Source: Vibrio vulnificus CMCP6 (GTDB lineage: Bacteria > Pseudomonadota > Gammaproteobacteria > Enterobacterales > Vibrionaceae). From it: a DNA stretch of 32,000 nucleotides. The position numbers were made by a program, and so were the translations under genes. A model generated the notes under the pieces. That model was not told the DNA's origin and did not search any database. It saw only the letters and a program-made list of their open reading frames with translations. Location: contig NC_004459.3 of assembly GCF_000039765.1 (NCBI RefSeq), positions 1,560,001 to 1,592,000 of the forward strand, given 5' to 3'. The stretch's first letter is position 1, and each line of letters starts with the position of its first letter. Shown one piece after another: positions 28,866 to 32,000 of this stretch.

Positions 28866-29606
28866 TTAACTGCATACTGCCAGTTCAAAATGAACATCTT
28901 GGCTGCAGGCTTGCCCAGTTTCAAAGTTGATGAATTTGATCGCAAAGCGGTTTTTGTGTCCAGAAATCATCGGATAGACACCATACTCCATGGGAATATG
29001 AAGGCGAAGAATGTTCGCTTCTTCTGCATCGCTTTGGAAAAATCCATTGAGTGCGGTTTGAGATCTGAAATGACCAGCTTCTCGTGCCAGTTTTAGCCAC
29101 AAGTTTAATGCGTCGGAGAGCGGTTTAAGGCTATCCAACCACTGTCGTGCATCTTCGATCTTTCTCTCAATGGGCAAATTCAACCAATAGTGCAGAGCTG
29201 GAAGATCAAAACAGCAAGAGCCGCCTGGAAGACTAAATCGCTGACGAATTGAGCTGAGGAAGCGATCTTCCTTTAATGATTGGCCAAAACGCGGTGCCTG
29301 CATAAGAGCGGCATGGGTACGATCGGCCTCATCAAGTAATGAACGCAGTGTCGCTTGATCAACCCCTTCGACATTTAACCAACTGCGATAGAGTAGGCGC
29401 TGTTTCTCAATGTCTTTCGCAAGCTCGCTCTTTAACTGAATTTGTTCAAAAATTTCGATGAGATCGAAGATAGAACGAAAAAAGAGTTGGTGCTGGTGCG
29501 GCTCTGAAAATGAGGCGGCAGTATGTGCCTGTCTAAGCAGTGATTCGACTCTCAGATAAATGCGAGTCTTTTCATTGAGTGGATGTTCGAAGTTATGCGT
29601 GGTCAT
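28866..29606 (-). CDS. zapD: Cell division protein ZapD (YacF)
   Basis: [35 protein letters not shown] and [11 protein letters not shown] are collinear with E. coli ZapD. The coaE-zapD-yacG order is conserved. Confidence 0.88.
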   Translation of the reverse strand: MTTHNFEHPLNEKTRIYLRVESLLRQAHTAASFSEPHQHQLFFRSIFDLIEIFEQIQLKSELAKDIEKQRLLYRSWLNVEGVDQATLRSLLDEADRTHAALMQAPRFGQSLKEDRFLSSIRQRFSLPGGSCCFDLPALHYWLNLPIERKIEDARQWLDSLKPLSDALNLWLKLAREAGHFRSQTALNGFFQSDAEEANILRLHIPMEYGVYPMISGHKNRFAIKFINFETGQACSQDVHFELAVCS

Positions 29607-29638
29607 CTAGCGGGCCTGTCGTCGTCTCTGACTTATTT

Positions 29639-30247
29639 TCACCGATTTTGCTTGCTCATGGCTAGGTACTTTTGGTGTAAATCTGTGATTTGCTGCAAAA
29701 GATCTTGGTCTTTTGACTCATTTTTAATCACATCGTCTGCCAAGGCGAGACGTTCGTGTCTGCTTGCCTGAGCCTTGAGTATGGCACGAACTTGTTGTTC
29801 ATCAACACTGTCACGATCCATGGTTCGCTGTAATTGTGTTTTTTCTTCAACATCCACGACCAAAACGCGGTCGCACAGAGTCTGTAGTTGGTTTTCTACC
29901 AACAGCGGTACAACGAGCAAAGCGTAAGGGGATGAGACCTGCGCCAGATCCTCGATCATTTTACGACGGATCATAGGGTGCAGTAGCGCGTTGAGCCATT
30001 GCTTTTCTTCGCTATGGGCAAAGATACGCTGACGAAGTTGTCCACGATCGAGTTCGCCTTCACAAGTCAGAATATCAGCACCGAAATGGTCAACAATCGC
30101 GGCCAGTCCCGCACTTCCGGGGGCAACTACCTGACGAGCGACAATGTCTGCGTCGACGATATCGATAGCAAAGTGTTGTTGAAAAAGATTGGCCACCGTT
30201 GTTTTTCCGCTGGCGATACCACCAGTCAATCCAATCACTAAAGCCAT
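29639..30247 (-). CDS. coaE: Dephospho-CoA kinase
   Basis: MALVIGLTGGIASGKTTVANLF contains the P-loop. The protein is 202 aa. Its start lies 1 nt after the pilD stop. Confidence 0.93.
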   Translation of the reverse strand: MALVIGLTGGIASGKTTVANLFQQHFAIDIVDADIVARQVVAPGSAGLAAIVDHFGADILTCEGELDRGQLRQRIFAHSEEKQWLNALLHPMIRRKMIEDLAQVSSPYALLVVPLLVENQLQTLCDRVLVVDVEEKTQLQRTMDRDSVDEQQVRAILKAQASRHERLALADDVIKNESKDQDLLQQITDLHQKYLAMSKQNR

Positions 30248-30248
30248 A

Positions 30249-31118
30249 TTACGCCCCTATAAGATAGTTGAGATACCAAGACATCAAGCTATCTCCCCAC
30301 ATCAAGGCGACCCAACCAGCAATGGCCAGATAAGGCCCAAATGGAAAAGCCATCTCAATACCTTGCTTTTGCAATCTGAGTTGAATGAGACCAAAGATCA
30401 GCCCGACAACCGAAGAAAGTAAGATGATCATCGGTAGATATTGCCAGCCGAGCCAAGCTCCAAGTGCCGCAAGCAATTTAAAGTCTCCGTAACCCATGCC
30501 TTCTTTCCCTGTCAGCAATCTGAAAAGGTGATAAACGCTCCAAAGGCAGAGATAGCCTGCCATCGCACCGAACACTGAATCTTGCAGAGATACTGGGCTT
30601 ATCTCTAGTAACGCTAGCGCGATGCCTGTCCACGTCAGCGGCAGTGTCAGTTGATCAGGCAGTAGCATGGTATCTAAGTCGATGAAGGTGGCGGCGATCA
30701 ACACCAAAGTAAAACCAATCAGTGCTACGGTAATCGGTGCATAACCGAACTTCCAAGCGACTAGGCCGCACAAGAAGGCGCTCAGTGCTTCAACAAAAGG
30801 ATAGCGAGCACTGATTTTCGTCTGGCAATGGTGACATTTTCCTCTTAGAGCTAGCCAACTAAAGACAGGAATATTATCTCGAACTCGTATTGGGGTATGG
30901 CACGAAGGGCAACTTGAACGCGGCGTGCTTAATGTTAGGGTTTCTGTCGGTGGTGTGATGTTGTATTCAGGAAAGGACTCTGCACACTCTTGGCGCCATT
31001 CCAGTTCCATTATTTTCGGTAGACGGTAGATGACGACGTTAAGAAAGCTGCCTACCAGTAAGCCAAACAGGGAAGCTAAACCAATATAAAGCCAAGGGTA
31101 GTATTGTAACGCGTCCAT
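30249..31118 (-). CDS. pilD: Type IV prepilin leader peptidase / N-methyltransferase PilD
   Basis: [10 protein letters not shown], two CxxC pairs ([16 protein letters not shown]), and the aspartyl-protease motifs DLDTMLLPD and [19 protein letters not shown] 31118 (MDALQYYPW) is the likely start. The track start (TTG 31169) runs through an intercistronic hairpin. Confidence 0.9.
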
Positions 31119-31211
31119 ATAATCGTCGTTCTCTTTGTGGTGTGGGCAAAAATAGCTCAAGCAAGCCAATAGCTTGCTTGATATTACAAAAGGTAAACTG
31201 CGAGGGTTATC

Positions 31212-32000
31212 TTATCCCAGAACACTCATTAAATTAAAGATCGGCAAGTACATTGCGGTGACCAATCCGCCGACGACAACGCCCAGAAAGACGATGATCA
31301 ACGGCTCGAGAATTTTACCGAGGTTGTCGACGGTGTTATCCACTTCAAACTCATAGATGGTGGCAATCTTGTTCAGCATATCGTCCATTTGGCCAGATTC
31401 TTCACCAATCATCACCATTTGCAGCACCAATTCTGGGAAAGCAAGGCTGTTGCGCATGGCGATGTACATTGGCATCCCGGCAGCGGTGTCACGATAAACA
31501 TCTTCAATCGCATATTGGTAATGTAGATTGCCAGCGGTTTTACTGGTGGTTTTTAAACTGGTGAGGATCGGGATACCTGCACTGAAACTGGTGGCCAATG
31601 TGCGGCTAAATTTGGCAATCGCCGCTTTGGATAAGACCCCACCAATCACAGGGATCTTTAAACTCAAGCGTGACATTTTTAAGCGAAATGCGGGTGATTT
31701 TTTGCTTAGACCGCGAAGTAAATAGATAGCGCTGAACAACGTAATGAAAAACCAACTGCTGTAGGCTTGCACAAAATCAGACAGGTCTAAGACTTTTTGC
31801 GTAAACCAAGGCAGTTCTGCGCCGAATCCGGTGAACATTTTGCGAAACTCGGGAATAACCTTGGTCAGCATTAAATAAGAGACGCCCAACGCGACCAGCA
31901 CGACCATGCAGGGATAAATTAGCGCCTTGATCACTTTTGCTCGCAACTGCTCATTTTTTTCCCGATAAAAAGCGAGACGTTCAAAAACTTGATCAAGATT
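31212..32000 (-). CDS. pilC: Type IV pilus assembly platform protein PilC (GspF family), C-terminal ~262 aa. The 5' end lies beyond the window.
   Basis: The frame stays open to base 32000 (…[30 protein letters not shown]…). GspF-family repeat motifs are present ([44 protein letters not shown]). It lies upstream of pilD. Confidence 0.9.
   Translation of the reverse strand, partial: NLDQVFERLAFYREKNEQLRAKVIKALIYPCMVVLVALGVSYLMLTKVIPEFRKMFTGFGAELPWFTQKVLDLSDFVQAYSSWFFITLFSAIYLLRGLSKKSPAFRLKMSRLSLKIPVIGGVLSKAAIAKFSRTLATSFSAGIPILTSLKTTSKTAGNLHYQYAIEDVYRDTAAGMPMYIAMRNSLAFPELVLQMVMIGEESGQMDDMLNKIATIYEFEVDNTVDNLGKILEPLIIVFLGVVVGGLVTAMYLPIFNLMSVLG

Overview
This is a conserved core-chromosome segment from a Vibrio-type gammaproteobacterium. 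RecA, LuxS, CsrA, OadGAB and PilD/PilC look Vibrionaceae-like, but the species cannot be fixed without a database search. I call 29 protein genes, all in recognisable housekeeping families, plus an 8-gene tRNA array. Gene order: rpoS (3' end)> <mutS | pncC> recA> recX> alaS> aspartokinase> csrA> | tRNA Ser-Arg-Ser-Arg-Arg-Arg-Arg-Arg> | oadG-oadA-oadB> | MDR quinone-oxidoreductase-like> yqaA> M16 zinc-peptidase lipoprotein> | gshA> SLT-like lipoprotein> luxS> | <yfjD-like CorC/HlyC transporter <ypjD | ffh> | rpsP-rimM-trmD-rplS> | <yacG <zapD <coaE <pilD <pilC (5' end beyond the window). Much of this mirrors the E. coli pncC-recA-recX-alaS-csrA-serV-argVYZQ and yfjD-ypjD/ffh/rpsP-rimM-trmD-rplS neighbourhoods. 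I see no integrase, transposase, CRISPR array, phage, toxin-antitoxin or defence-type gene, and no unexplained multi-gene cluster. In my reading the window does NOT contain a novel biological system. The points worth a second look are small-scale. (1) One of the two tRNA-Ser(GCU) copies has an extra G that disrupts the 7-nt anticodon loop. (2) The aspartokinase gene probably carries a 1-nt frameshift or sequencing error, because its conserved C-terminal helix is encoded in another frame. (3) The tRNA array has a tandem ~287-bp two-tRNA unit with compensatory acceptor-stem variants, an 11-bp inverted repeat bracketing one tRNA-Arg, and a conserved 59-nt spacer. (4) There are two short perfect tandem repeats, (CCTCAAT)x4.4 after ffh and (CTAGAAAA)x5 in the yacG 3' UTR. 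(5) Several strong intergenic hairpins are not explained by simple termination. All coordinates were read by eye from the sequence and ORF track. No searches or folding programs were run.
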